Shown here: positions 9,075 through 18,008 of the stretch, one piece after another
How positions within the stretch are numbered: the first letter of the stretch is position 1
Layout: the number at the start of each line of letters is the position of its first letter
DNA from: an uncultured Acidobacteriota bacterium
GTDB lineage: Bacteria; Acidobacteriota; Vicinamibacteria; Marinacidobacterales; DATDRI01
DNA length: 64,000 nucleotides
Assembly (NCBI GenBank): GCA_963697355.1
Contig: CAVONV010000023.1
Coordinates: 1,459,780 to 1,523,779 of the forward strand
Direction of reading: 5' to 3'
Position numbers and translations under genes: made by a program
Notes under the pieces: model-generated
What the model was told of the DNA's origin: nothing
Database searches by the model: none
The model's input: the letters and a program-made list of their open reading frames with translations, nothing else

Positions 9075-9755
9075 CTACGACACGGGCCGGGACGAGCGGA
9101 GCGACTCGATATACTCGTTGGCCTTCTTCATTCCTTCATCGATCTTCCCGAACAACGCCTTCCCTTGTTGGTTGAGGCCTTCGGCGTCGGATTTCAGGCT
9201 CGAGATGCCGTCCGCATTCAGGTCGTGCCCGAGATACGTCCACTGGTCTTTCAGGCTCGTCATGAAGGGCTCGTAGGCTTCCCGGGCCACCCGGACCGAG
9301 TCGAGGATACCATCGAACTGGCCACGCGTTTCCGTCAAGCGAGCTTCACTGCGCTTGCGCAAGTCCGGGTTTTCGATCTGCTGAAGGCTGTCGCTCCAGC
9401 CGGTGAAGTAAGCCTCGGCTTCAAGCTTCATTTCCTCCAGCTTTTTCCCGACCTGCTCCCGCTTCTTCTCGGTCTTCTCCATTTCGCTTTCCACGCCTTT
9501 GTAGGCCTTGCGGACATCCTCGACGTCGTCTGCGAAGATGGCGTTGTAAGTGTCGAGCGTCTTCCCGAGTTGCTCCCGAGCGGAAACCGTCTCTTTGACC
9601 AGTTCCTCGGCCTTCTTTATAAGGTTGTCCGTCTGCTTCAGCCCTTCAGGATCCGAGCCGAAGATCTGCGCTTCGGCGGTTCGCGGCGTCAGAGCCGTCG
9701 CTAAACAGAGCGCCAGCCCGAATGAGCCGGCACCCCATATTCGTAAACATCCCAT
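9075..9755 (-). CDS. DUF2959-family periplasmic coiled-coil protein
   Basis: Signal peptide, then a helical sequence matching my recollection of DUF2959 (..ENPDLRKRSEARLTETRGQFDGILDSVRVAREAYEPFMTSLKDQWTYLGHDLNA..). Confidence 0.7.
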   Translation of the reverse strand: MGCLRIWGAGSFGLALCLATALTPRTAEAQIFGSDPEGLKQTDNLIKKAEELVKETVSAREQLGKTLDTYNAIFADDVEDVRKAYKGVESEMEKTEKKREQVGKKLEEMKLEAEAYFTGWSDSLQQIENPDLRKRSEARLTETRGQFDGILDSVRVAREAYEPFMTSLKDQWTYLGHDLNADGISSLKSDAEGLNQQGKALFGKIDEGMKKANEYIESLRSSRPVS

Positions 9756-9838
9756 TTCTCACGTCCTTTCTTGGCGCGCTGAGGACCCGGTGACCTCTGC
9801 CGAACACGAAGCCGGCCGGCCTCTCCGGGAACTCACAG

Positions 9839-9934
9839 CCGCGAGGATATCGCAAAGGAGATGGGGTGCGGAACTCGTAAAACTACGAGGGAGGAACGGG
9901 AATATCTACTGGGATGGAGCCTGAGATCGCAGAT
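9839..9934 (-). repeat. Copy B of the conserved non-coding element (hairpin 9874-9889)
   Basis: See copy A. Lies between a degraded LuxR-type gene end and the DUF2959 gene start. Confidence 0.6.
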
Positions 9935-10250
9935 TATGTCGTTCTGGATGGCGAAATGGACGAGCTTGGAGCTGTTTACCTATCGCGTCCTTGGATGATG
10001 CCGTCGGGAATACCAGGTTCCGCAATCTGCACCGTCGCCCTGCGGACCATCACACTACGACGATCAGGACGCAAGTTCAGCGCGTTTTCCTGCGTACCGG
10101 CAACTTCTTCAGCTCGATGACGAGCCGTAGGGCTTCGTTGACGGCGTCTTGGTTGTTGGCAAACACCTCGGCCACGTCCGGATCGAGTAGAACTAGATTC
10201 GTACCTTGCCTCGAAGTGGGTCCAGCGCGGGAGTCAACCCATGAGCGCGG
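9925..10250 (-). pseudogene. Degraded LuxR/NarL-type response-regulator remnant
   Basis: 9921-9976 aligns with 1659-1713 (3' end of the intact regulator) at roughly 75% identity by eye, translating NSSKLVHFAIQNDII. Upstream part has stops and only faint receiver-like similarity. Confidence 0.35.
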
Positions 10251-10376
10251 TCACGAACCGCCGGTCGTCTCTCGGGCGAACGAGCGCACGTCGTCCCCGG
10301 CTTCGCATCACTCGCCGCAAGTGCGGATAGGCGCTCTAAACTTCGTACTCGAGTGTCTGGATTCCCATCGACGGGA

Positions 10377-11432
10377 TTACCGATTCCGGAGGTCCCGATA
10401 GTACTTCTCGATCGCAGTCTGGGTCGCCTGGAGATATTCCTCGATATTGGCGCGCGCCGCCTCCTCCGCCTTCCCCTTGAGCATCTTGCCGAACGTCCCG
10501 CCGACCCCGTCCGTACGCTCGCGAATGAACGTCAGCAGATAGAACGCATCTTCGGCACTCTTCTGGTCCCTCGCCAGGGTCGTGAGCTCGAGCCCCGTCA
10601 CGAAGTAGTGGGAGAAAAAGATCTGCTTCGAAGCGATGACGACCGACGCGTTGTCCCCTTCTTCGAGTGGATAGATCGTGACGTGACTGACACGAATCAC
10701 CGGTTTCGCGCCGAAGTCGTACTCGCCCCAGTAGAGGAAATCCTCCGCGCCGGCGAGGGTCGAGCTCGGGTAATCCAGAAGGTAGCGCTGAAGCTCGGGC
10801 CGATACTCGATGATGTAGGGCGAGTTCCGTAGCAGAATCTCGAACTCTTCGGCGATGAAACTGGGCTTTGCCTTGTCGCGGTAGACTCCGAGGCTCGCGG
10901 CGCCCCCCTTGCGATAGGCGTCGGTATACTCGAAGGCGCGCTGCCGCAGGAGGTCCTGGGCCTTGGCCGCGGCACCCGGGGATTTCCAGTCGATTTCGCG
11001 CTGGAGCTGCTCGAGACCCGGTTGACCGAGCTTCATGTCGCAGTCGTTGACGGTGCACTTCTCGAGATTCTTCAAGTCCTCCTCGGGAATGCGCATGTCG
11101 GCGAAGTCTTCCCGCCGCGGCGGATTGGCGAGCTTCTTGATTTGTGAGGCGGCTGTGTCGAATGTTTCGATGTTACGAAACATCCGGAGAAAGAAGCGGG
11201 TGGTTGCTCGGATCCGGGCGACGCCCACGATGGCGACTTCTCTGCTGTCCTCGATGTCGAGCACCTTGGTGATGACTTTGCCCTCCTCCATCGCCCGGAG
11301 CTCGGCGTCGGATAGGCCGACATGGGTCCGGAGAAGGTTGTGAGGCTCTCCCTGGCGTACCTGGGCGTGCGCGAGCCCCACGGTCAGTGCGGATACGAGC
11401 AAAGAAATGCGGGTGAAGTTCTTGCGATTCAT
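10377..11432 (-). CDS. Secreted hypothetical protein (~350 aa)
   Basis: ATG follows GAGGTGGG. Signal peptide MNRKNFTRISLLVSALTVGLAHA. Long clean ORF. Confidence 0.75.
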   Translation of the reverse strand: MNRKNFTRISLLVSALTVGLAHAQVRQGEPHNLLRTHVGLSDAELRAMEEGKVITKVLDIEDSREVAIVGVARIRATTRFFLRMFRNIETFDTAASQIKKLANPPRREDFADMRIPEEDLKNLEKCTVNDCDMKLGQPGLEQLQREIDWKSPGAAAKAQDLLRQRAFEYTDAYRKGGAASLGVYRDKAKPSFIAEEFEILLRNSPYIIEYRPELQRYLLDYPSSTLAGAEDFLYWGEYDFGAKPVIRVSHVTIYPLEEGDNASVVIASKQIFFSHYFVTGLELTTLARDQKSAEDAFYLLTFIRERTDGVGGTFGKMLKGKAEEAARANIEEYLQATQTAIEKYYRDLRNR

Positions 11433-11552
11433 TTCTTGACCCACCTCAATGGTCGTGAAAGAGAGAACATGCGAGCTCGAGAGCGTGAGAATTCAAGATG
11501 TCGAGTATCCATTGGCATCCAACCCGGCTAGGGTCGCGCCGGGCCGAGCCCC

Positions 11553-11602
11553 TTGAAGAAAAGGCCCCGCGCCGTCAAAAGCGGAATACCGACGCGGGGC
11601 TC
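11553..11602 (-). terminator. Rho-independent terminator after 11614..12102
   Basis: GCCCCGCG (11564-11571) pairs with CGCGGGGC (11593-11600), followed on the minus strand by CTTTTCTTC. Confidence 0.7.
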
Positions 11603-11613
11603 ACGGACTCTCG

Positions 11614-12102
11614 CTACTTCACGAGCGGAATTTCCGCCGCGAGATCGAGCCGGACGAGCGCTCGGATCTTGTTCTCCATCTGGAGATAGCGTACCGCTTT
11701 CATAGCGGGAAGGACGCCGTTCAGCCTTTCGAGGTACTTCGTTTTCAGCGCGAGCTCGGCTTCCTCGACCGCGAGGGCCTCGGTCATGAGCGTCTTCGCC
11801 TTCTCGTCGGTCAACGTGTTGGCGTTGTACTCCGTAGCGTAGGCTTGAATCGTCTGGACCAGCCTCTGATTGATCGCTTCGAGCTCCTTCTGGTACTCCT
11901 CGTAGATGGGCCAAAACTTGGGAGCCTCGGACTCGGTGAGTCCCAGGTTCTCCGCAATCAGCAGCTTCTTGTCCGCCTTGAGCTTGTCCCGGAGGATGTC
12001 CATGTTGCTCGCGGGCTGCTCCTGAGCCCAAAGAGCCGACGACGCCAGCAGAGCCAGTACGAGTGAAGTCCAATAACGATAACCCTTGTTTTGTCTTTGC
12101 AT
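11614..12102 (-). CDS. Periplasmic all-helical hypothetical protein
   Basis: Signal peptide (YWTSLVLALLASSALWA) followed by helical, charged sequence. Clean 162-aa ORF. Confidence 0.75.
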   Translation of the reverse strand: MQRQNKGYRYWTSLVLALLASSALWAQEQPASNMDILRDKLKADKKLLIAENLGLTESEAPKFWPIYEEYQKELEAINQRLVQTIQAYATEYNANTLTDEKAKTLMTEALAVEEAELALKTKYLERLNGVLPAMKAVRYLQMENKIRALVRLDLAAEIPLVK

Positions 12103-12425
12103 CTTCTTTTCTCTCCCTATGTGCCGAGCGTCCGACTGTCTTCGCGAATCTGCTACTCAAAGCCGGAGCACGACTCGATCGTCATGTGACGGTAGCACGC
12201 GCACGCCTGCGAAAGCAAAAGATCTTATCACCAAGCTGCCTTGGATTTTGGTCTTATCGAAGAGACCATCGAGGTGCACCATACCCGACGAGAGATGGCT
12301 TCAGTAAAGAATACGAGGAGAGAGAGAGGATTCTACGGGTCGGAGTACCCGACACCGCGATGATTCCGTGCGGGCCGGCACGAGCGGAGGGAGTCGCCGG
12401 GCTCGTCGGCCAGACCGGTTGATGT

Positions 12426-12560
12426 CAGACAAAGGGATTGAGGATGCCAGGCCGCAGTCGTCGAAGTCTCGCACGTTTCTGGTGACGAGAGTCAGTTGAT
12501 GGTGTTGAGCTGTGGCAGCGATGAGCATGTCCGCCTGAGAGCGCGGATACGTATCAACGA
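12426..12560 (-). pseudogene. VapC (PIN-domain toxin) C-terminal fragment
   Basis: RSQADMLIAATAQHHQLTLVTRNVRDFDDCGL is a typical VapC C-terminus. No PIN N-terminal half or antitoxin is present. Confidence 0.55.
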
Positions 12561-12845
12561 GGAACATCGTCGAGGGCCTCAGCAAAAACGTTGTGTCGGT
12601 CCGTCCTTGGTGGCGGCTCAATGGTGTACAATTCTTCCGCACGAAGTCGGCGTTCCCTTGGATCCAAGGGCTTCATGAACGAAGGCCATGTGATTGCGCC
12701 GTGAGCCACAGTACACCCCGGGGCACAGACCAATGATGGGAGCCGCCATCAGCTCAGTCTGCCATGCACGGCCTCAATTTGACAGGACCCCACTAGCCGT
12801 TTTTAGGTTGTTTGAGAAAAGGAGTATTCTTAGATAGAGAGGTCA

Positions 12846-13058
12846 ATGATGCGAAGCAATACAAGGAACAAGCTGCCTCAGCTTGTCATCCGAGAGGGAA
12901 AGCCGGTCGCGGTCATTTTGGACATCGACGAGTACCAGGAAATGCTGGAACGGCTGGAAGATGCTGAAGACATAAAGATGTTGAATGAGATGCGGAAAAA
13001 GCCGTTGAAATTCAGGAAGCTAGATGATTTCCTGGAGGAGCACGGGCCCGGTGCATGA
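12846..13058 (+). CDS. Type II antitoxin (Phd/YefM-RelB-like)
   Basis: 70 aa (KLPQLVIREGKPVAVILDIDEYQEMLERLEDAEDIK). Overlaps the toxin start by 8 nt. Confidence 0.8.
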   Translation: MMRSNTRNKLPQLVIREGKPVAVILDIDEYQEMLERLEDAEDIKMLNEMRKKPLKFRKLDDFLEEHGPGA

Positions 13059-13305
13059 GGTCTACCTCGAGGCAACGGCGGAACGAGACCTCAAGGGTCT
13101 GAGAACGAAAGACTTTCAGCGAATCATTCATAAAATCCGCGGTCTCGCAGAGAATCCAAGGCCTCCTGGCTGCCGCAAAATCACGGGGTCCGAAAGCGAT
13201 TGGCGGATCCGTATCGGCGACTACAGAGTCATTTACGAAATAGATGACAACGCTGAAATGGTGCGAGTCATGCGTGTCAGACACCGTCGAGAAGCCTATC
13301 GTTAG
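13051..13305 (+). CDS. relE: RelE/ParE-family type II toxin
   Basis: WRIRIGDYRVIYEIDDNAEMVRVMRVRHRREAY is the hallmark RelE/StbE C-terminus. GTG start overlaps the antitoxin stop. Confidence 0.85.
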   Translation: MHEVYLEATAERDLKGLRTKDFQRIIHKIRGLAENPRPPGCRKITGSESDWRIRIGDYRVIYEIDDNAEMVRVMRVRHRREAYR

Positions 13306-13399
13306 ACCTAGTTCCACTGACACTCACTTACAAAAGACTGCGGCGGCAAGGGCGTAGCGGATTCCGGAGTCGACGAGAAGAGCTATTAATCTGCGCTTC

Positions 13400-13709
13400 T
13401 TGTGTACAGGTGGGGTTGCGCTCGAGGAACCTCCAGGCCAGCCGTATTCACAGACCTCCACCCCTCACCATGACGAGCGGCCCACCCTTGCGACATCCCC
13501 TCTTCCTGCAGGGGACGCCGGAAACGCGGGCGAGCTCCGGGACGAGTCTTGCCGAGATGGAGCGCGCCCACATCCTCACCGTTCTAAAAGAATGCGGCTG
13601 GAAGCTTTCGGGTAAGGGCAATGCCGCCGACAGGCTCGGTCTCAAGCGCTCCACCCTCCAATTTCGTATGACCAAGCTCGGGATCCACCGTCCCGTTCAT
13701 GGGGCTTAG
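13400..13709 (+). pseudogene. C-terminal remnant of a sigma-54-dependent (FhlA/NtrC-type) activator
   Basis: Fis-type HTH LAEMERAHILTVLKECGWKLSGKGNAADRLGLKRSTLQFRMTKLGI. A GN.GELR-like trace sits in another frame just upstream. No AAA+ domain. Confidence 0.55.
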
Positions 13710-13770
13710 ACGACTCTCGCTTCGATCTCGCCCCGAATCCTTTCGAATTTGGAGCTGTGCGATATATACT

Positions 13771-13860
13771 TAGGCTGACGGTAGCCTAGGGGTGGCCTCG
13801 ACGGCCTGAGATCACACCCTTGAACCTGATCCGGCTAGGACCGGCGTAGGAAAGGCAAGA
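13771..13860 (+). promoter_or_regulatory. TPP (THI-box) riboswitch
   Basis: CCTAGGGGTGGCCTCGACGGCCTGAGATCACACCCTTGAACCTGATCCGGCTAGGACCGGCGTAGGAAAGG contains the conserved GGGGUG, CUGAGA, ACCUGAUC and GCGUAGGAA blocks and their helices, ~90 nt upstream of the receptor ATG. Confidence 0.85.
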
Positions 13861-13949
13861 AGATCTCTAGCACATCAAAAGAAAAACGGCACTCCAACGG
13901 AACCGTCTCGATCATCCGCGCAAAAGGGTGCGGAAGAGGAGACGCGTCC

Positions 13950-16322
13950 ATGAGAAAGACAACGAAAAATCACCGTCTGACGAGGGCGATGATGGTGGCG
14001 GTGTGCGTTGCAGCCATTGGCCTTTTGGCCACGGTCTCGTTTGCGTCCATCGAGATCGCAGCATCGACAGAAAATGACATCGGCGTGTCCGGTGTCGTCC
14101 ATGACGCCGACGGGCGGCCGCTCGTCGGTGCCTCGGTTCTACTCGGAGGCGTCGAAGTTGTCACCGATGATGAGGGCCGCTGGTCACTCGACGTCAGCGC
14201 CGGCGTCCACGTACTCGAGGTGTCGCTCGAGGGCTTTGTCACGATTCATCGGGAACTGCCTGTGACGGCCGAGCTCGGCTTGATTGATGTCACGCTCGTT
14301 CCTCCGCTTCACCTGACCGAAAACGTGGTGGTTCGAGCGGTCCGTGCTGAGGAGCGGAGCCCTGTGACCAAGACGGACATCGACCGAGAGCTGATCGAGG
14401 CGGTGAACCGCGGACAGGAAATGCCTTTCCTCCTCGGTCCCACGCCGTCCGCGAACTACAACTCCGACTCCGGAATTGCCGCCGGATATTCGTACTTCAA
14501 CCTCCGTGGCATCGGTCAAACACGCCTCAATATCACTCTAGATGGCGTTCCTTTACAAGATCCGGAGGACCAAGCACTCTACTTTTCCAACTTCGGTGAC
14601 TTTGCCAGCATCGTGGACTCGACCCAAATCCAGCGGGGGATCGGTACCTCGAGCTACGGATCGGCTTCCTACGGCGGGTCGGTGAACTTCGCCAGCGTCA
14701 GCCCTTCGGATCGACCGGGCTTTCAGGCGCAGCTCGGTGCAGGATCGTGGGGAACGGGTAGGGGAACTATCGCCTTCGATTCCGGGCCGACCGTTGGCGA
14801 CATTGCTTTCTACGGACGCTTCTCGGCGCAAACGACCGATGGTTTTCGTGACCGGTCGGGCGTCGAACAACGCACCTTTTACTTCGGAGCCTCGCGCCAA
14901 GACGCGCGCTCGTTCTTCAAGCTCTTCGGATTCATCGGGCGCGAAGAAACTCAGCTCGCCTACTTGGCCACAGACCAAGCGACGCTTCTGGAAGATCTTC
15001 AGTTCAATCCTCTTCCGCCGGGAGAAGAGGATGACTTCGGCCAAGACTTCATCCAACTGCAGTACACCCGTCTCATCGGTGAGTCCACGACGCTCATGGT
15101 CCAGGGCTACTACAACGGCGCCCAAGGCTGGTTTCGCATCCAGGACCCTACCACTGAAGATCTGCAAGAGTTTGCCCTCGACGGTCACTTCGTAGGCCTC
15201 ATTCTCGGCGCCACTCATCAGGCGGGACGTCTCGATCTCAACTGGGGAGCGCATGTGAACGACTTCACACGTGACCACTCGATGGAGATTGTCGGCGGTT
15301 CCCCTCAGTACCTCAATACGGGACTCAAGAACGAAGCGAGTACGTTTCTAAAGGCCAGCTATGACGTCGGTCGTGCCCAGCTCTGGGCGGACGCCCAGGT
15401 TCGCTACGCCCGTTTCGAGTACCAGGGAGATCAAAACCTTGGCGCGGTGGATTGGACCTTTTTCAATCCTAAGGCGGGGGTCCATTATGACCTGTCGCCG
15501 ATGTTCGGAGTGTATGCGTTCATCGGGCGGATGTCGCGCGAGCCGGCACGGAGCGACATGCTCCATGGGGAGGACAACGCAAGCGTACCCTACGACCTTC
15601 GCGCCGTGGTGCCTGAAAAGGTGGTCGATATCGAGGCCGGAATCGAGGTACAGCGCGGAGCGATGCGGCTGAGCGCCGGTTTCTATGCCATGGAATTCCG
15701 TGACGAAATAGCCCTCAGCGGTGAGCTATCCGATATCGGTTTGCCCGTTCGCCGGAATGTCCCACGCAGCTACCGGAGAGGACTGGAACTCGAGCTGGAC
15801 TGGGCGCCCGATCCGAAATGGCGGGTTTTGGGAAGCGCCAACTTCAGTCGTAACCGGATCGACGAGTGGACGCAGTTCTATGATGTCTACGCGCCGAGCG
15901 GGGATTGGATCGATAGCGTTGCCATCGTTCACCGCGACGTGCCGCCACTTCTCACTCCCGAGGTACTCCTCAACGGTGTCGTTGACTGGACACCGCGTCC
16001 CGAGATCGGTCTTGGCTTGGGTGCCCGCTGGGTGGCTGAGTCACAACTCGACAACACCGGCAATCCGGATTTTACGACACCGTCTTGGTTCAACCTCGAC
16101 GCCTCGTTGACGTTTTCTCTCGCACCCTGGGTGAAGGTCGGCGAGCCGAAGATCCGCGTGCAGGCCACGAACCTACTCGACAGTGAGCGCATTTGGCCTA
16201 GCGGTTACAGCTATCTGTTCTTCCAGCGGATGCCCGGAAAACAGGAAAGGCTGGACGGCATCTCTTACTATTACCCGCTCGCTACGCGCAGTGTTTACGT
16301 GACGCTGGACGTTTCGCTCTAA
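13950..16322 (+). CDS. TonB-dependent receptor (CarboxypepD_reg N-domain + plug + barrel)
   Basis: Signal peptide; VSGVVHDADGRPLVGASVLLGG; plug motifs (FNLRGIGQTRLNITLDGVPLQDPE); long beta-barrel. Confidence 0.9.
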   Translation: MRKTTKNHRLTRAMMVAVCVAAIGLLATVSFASIEIAASTENDIGVSGVVHDADGRPLVGASVLLGGVEVVTDDEGRWSLDVSAGVHVLEVSLEGFVTIHRELPVTAELGLIDVTLVPPLHLTENVVVRAVRAEERSPVTKTDIDRELIEAVNRGQEMPFLLGPTPSANYNSDSGIAAGYSYFNLRGIGQTRLNITLDGVPLQDPEDQALYFSNFGDFASIVDSTQIQRGIGTSSYGSASYGGSVNFASVSPSDRPGFQAQLGAGSWGTGRGTIAFDSGPTVGDIAFYGRFSAQTTDGFRDRSGVEQRTFYFGASRQDARSFFKLFGFIGREETQLAYLATDQATLLEDLQFNPLPPGEEDDFGQDFIQLQYTRLIGESTTLMVQGYYNGAQGWFRIQDPTTEDLQEFALDGHFVGLILGATHQAGRLDLNWGAHVNDFTRDHSMEIVGGSPQYLNTGLKNEASTFLKASYDVGRAQLWADAQVRYARFEYQGDQNLGAVDWTFFNPKAGVHYDLSPMFGVYAFIGRMSREPARSDMLHGEDNASVPYDLRAVVPEKVVDIEAGIEVQRGAMRLSAGFYAMEFRDEIALSGELSDIGLPVRRNVPRSYRRGLELELDWAPDPKWRVLGSANFSRNRIDEWTQFYDVYAPSGDWIDSVAIVHRDVPPLLTPEVLLNGVVDWTPRPEIGLGLGARWVAESQLDNTGNPDFTTPSWFNLDASLTFSLAPWVKVGEPKIRVQATNLLDSERIWPSGYSYLFFQRMPGKQERLDGISYYYPLATRSVYVTLDVSL

Positions 16323-16335
16323 ATGGCGTAGTCCT

Positions 16336-16908
16336 GTGGATCTAAACACTCTCTTCGAAGTCCTTGCGGTTGTCTTCAGTCTGGCGTACGTCGTACTGGC
16401 GGTATACCAGAACGCTTTGTGCTGGCCTGCGGGACTGGTCGGGGCCGGTCTCACGTTTGTTGTTTTCCTCGACGCGCGCCTCTACGGTGCGATGGCGCTT
16501 CAGGGCGTCTACATGGCGCTCATGGTTTACGGCTGGTATGAGTGGCGACAAGGCGGAGAGGAAGGCGGTAAACTCGCGGTGACCCGGACACCGACGCGAT
16601 GGCGGCTCATTCTGGGTTTTGCCGGCACCGTCTTCGCCGTGACTCTGGGTCTGTTTCTGACGTACCGAACCGACGCCGCACTGCCTTTTTGGGACGGAGG
16701 GACCACTTCTTTCAGCCTCGTTGCCCAGTTCATGACGACGCGGAAGTGGCTCGAGAATTGGCTCCTGTGGATCGTGGTGGATGCGGTCTACGTGGGTATG
16801 CTCGTTTCGCAGCAACTCTATTTGATGGCTGCTCTCTATGTTGCCTACCTCGTTCTTGCCGTGATGGGATGGATCAAATGGCGGCGGTCACTCAGGGCGC
16901 GGGAGTAG
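16336..16908 (+). CDS. PnuC-family transporter (probable thiamine-type PnuT given the riboswitch)
   Basis: Seven hydrophobic segments. PnuC-like WPAGLVGAGLTFVVF and YGWYEW motifs. Begins 14 nt after the receptor stop. Confidence 0.8.
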   Translation: MDLNTLFEVLAVVFSLAYVVLAVYQNALCWPAGLVGAGLTFVVFLDARLYGAMALQGVYMALMVYGWYEWRQGGEEGGKLAVTRTPTRWRLILGFAGTVFAVTLGLFLTYRTDAALPFWDGGTTSFSLVAQFMTTRKWLENWLLWIVVDAVYVGMLVSQQLYLMAALYVAYLVLAVMGWIKWRRSLRARE

Positions 16909-16942
16909 CGTAGCGCAAAGACAAATCGCGCGCCGGCTGCGA

Positions 16943-16998
16943 GCACCCAAGCACTCGAGCAGAGGTAATCCGAATTCTCGAGTTCTTGAGTTCTGATC
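16943..16998. repeat. Octamer-array locus 1 (…CACTCGAG…GAATTCTCGAGTTCTTGAGTTCTG)
   Basis: Direct reading. Lies between the PnuC stop and the kinase ATG. Confidence 0.8.
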
Positions 16999-17000
16999 TA

Positions 17001-17555
17001 ATGAGTCGCAAAAATACACCCCGACGCATTGTCCTGATTGGTCCGGAGTCCACCGGCAAAACCTGGCTTGCCGGCAAGCTTGCGGCGCGATACAAGGTCC
17101 CCTCATCGCCCGAGTACGCGCGAGAGTACGTGGAGGCTGGGTCGGGGCCGCTCAGCTACTCGGACGTCGACGCCATTGGCCGTGGTCAAAAGGCAGGGGA
17201 AGATACCGTGCTCGCCCAGGCGGTTGAACGTGGCTTGACGCTGGTTGTCCTCGACACGGACCTCGTGAGCACGATGGTCTACGCTCGCCACTACTACGGC
17301 GCTTGCCCTGAATGGATCGAGCAGGAAGCACCCGAACGTCTCGGAGACCTCTACCTCCTTCACCACATCGACGTCGAGTGGAAGGCCGACGGCCACCAAC
17401 GTGAGGAACCGGAAAGACGCGAGGAGCTTTTCGACCTCTTCCGGTCGACGCTGCGGGAGCTCGGCGCTCGGGTGAAAGATGTCGAGGGATCATGGGAGGC
17501 GCGAAAGTGCAGTGCCATCGAAAGTGTCGACTATTTGCTTGCTGCAGGCCCTTGA
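17001..17555 (+). CDS. NadR-like AAA-family ATPase / small-molecule kinase domain protein
   Basis: P-loop IVLIGPESTGKTWLA. Overall resemblance to the ribosylnicotinamide-kinase domain of NadR. Confidence 0.75.
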   Translation: MSRKNTPRRIVLIGPESTGKTWLAGKLAARYKVPSSPEYAREYVEAGSGPLSYSDVDAIGRGQKAGEDTVLAQAVERGLTLVVLDTDLVSTMVYARHYYGACPEWIEQEAPERLGDLYLLHHIDVEWKADGHQREEPERREELFDLFRSTLRELGARVKDVEGSWEARKCSAIESVDYLLAAGP

Positions 17556-17618
17556 GTAGCGGTGATCACAGAGGAGACCCGAGGCATCAGTCGTTAGTCG
17601 GGTCAACCTGGCTCCGAA

Positions 17619-18008
17619 TCAAGGGAGGCGGGTGAATCCTGACCAAAGGTCGAAGTCTTCATCGCAACTCAAGATTCGTTCGATACCATGGCGCTCCATA
17701 GTCGCAATGTGGAGGCAATCCCGCCCAGATAATCGTTTCTGCATCTCTGCGACGGTACGCGCTCGGGAGACGTCTTCCTTTGTGATCGGATAAACATATT
17801 GGACCAGGCTGTCCAAGAACGCGAAGCAGTCTGCAATTGCACTTCTTCGATCGATGGCGATGTAGCGGTGGATAACCTCTTGATAGACCTCGGCGCTTGT
17901 AACGAAAGTCTCCTCTGCGTTTGATCGTATGAACGACGCCAACTTCTCGCGATTTGGGTGAGGTTGTCCCACTAGGTACATGGGGACATTGGAGTCAACG
18001 AAGATCAC
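17619..18008 (-). CDS. vapC: VapC PIN-domain toxin
   Basis: IFVDSNVPMY at the N-terminus, conserved acidic residues, 129 aa. Overlaps the antitoxin by 14 nt. Confidence 0.85.
   Translation of the reverse strand: MIFVDSNVPMYLVGQPHPNREKLASFIRSNAEETFVTSAEVYQEVIHRYIAIDRRSAIADCFAFLDSLVQYVYPITKEDVSRARTVAEMQKRLSGRDCLHIATMERHGIERILSCDEDFDLWSGFTRLP

Noticed and set aside
8145-9704. Plus-strand ORFs 8145..9008 and 9045..9704
   Set aside because: They are antisense to two minus-strand genes that have signal peptides and RBSs. The translations are low-complexity (L/R/P/G) with no recognisable domains.
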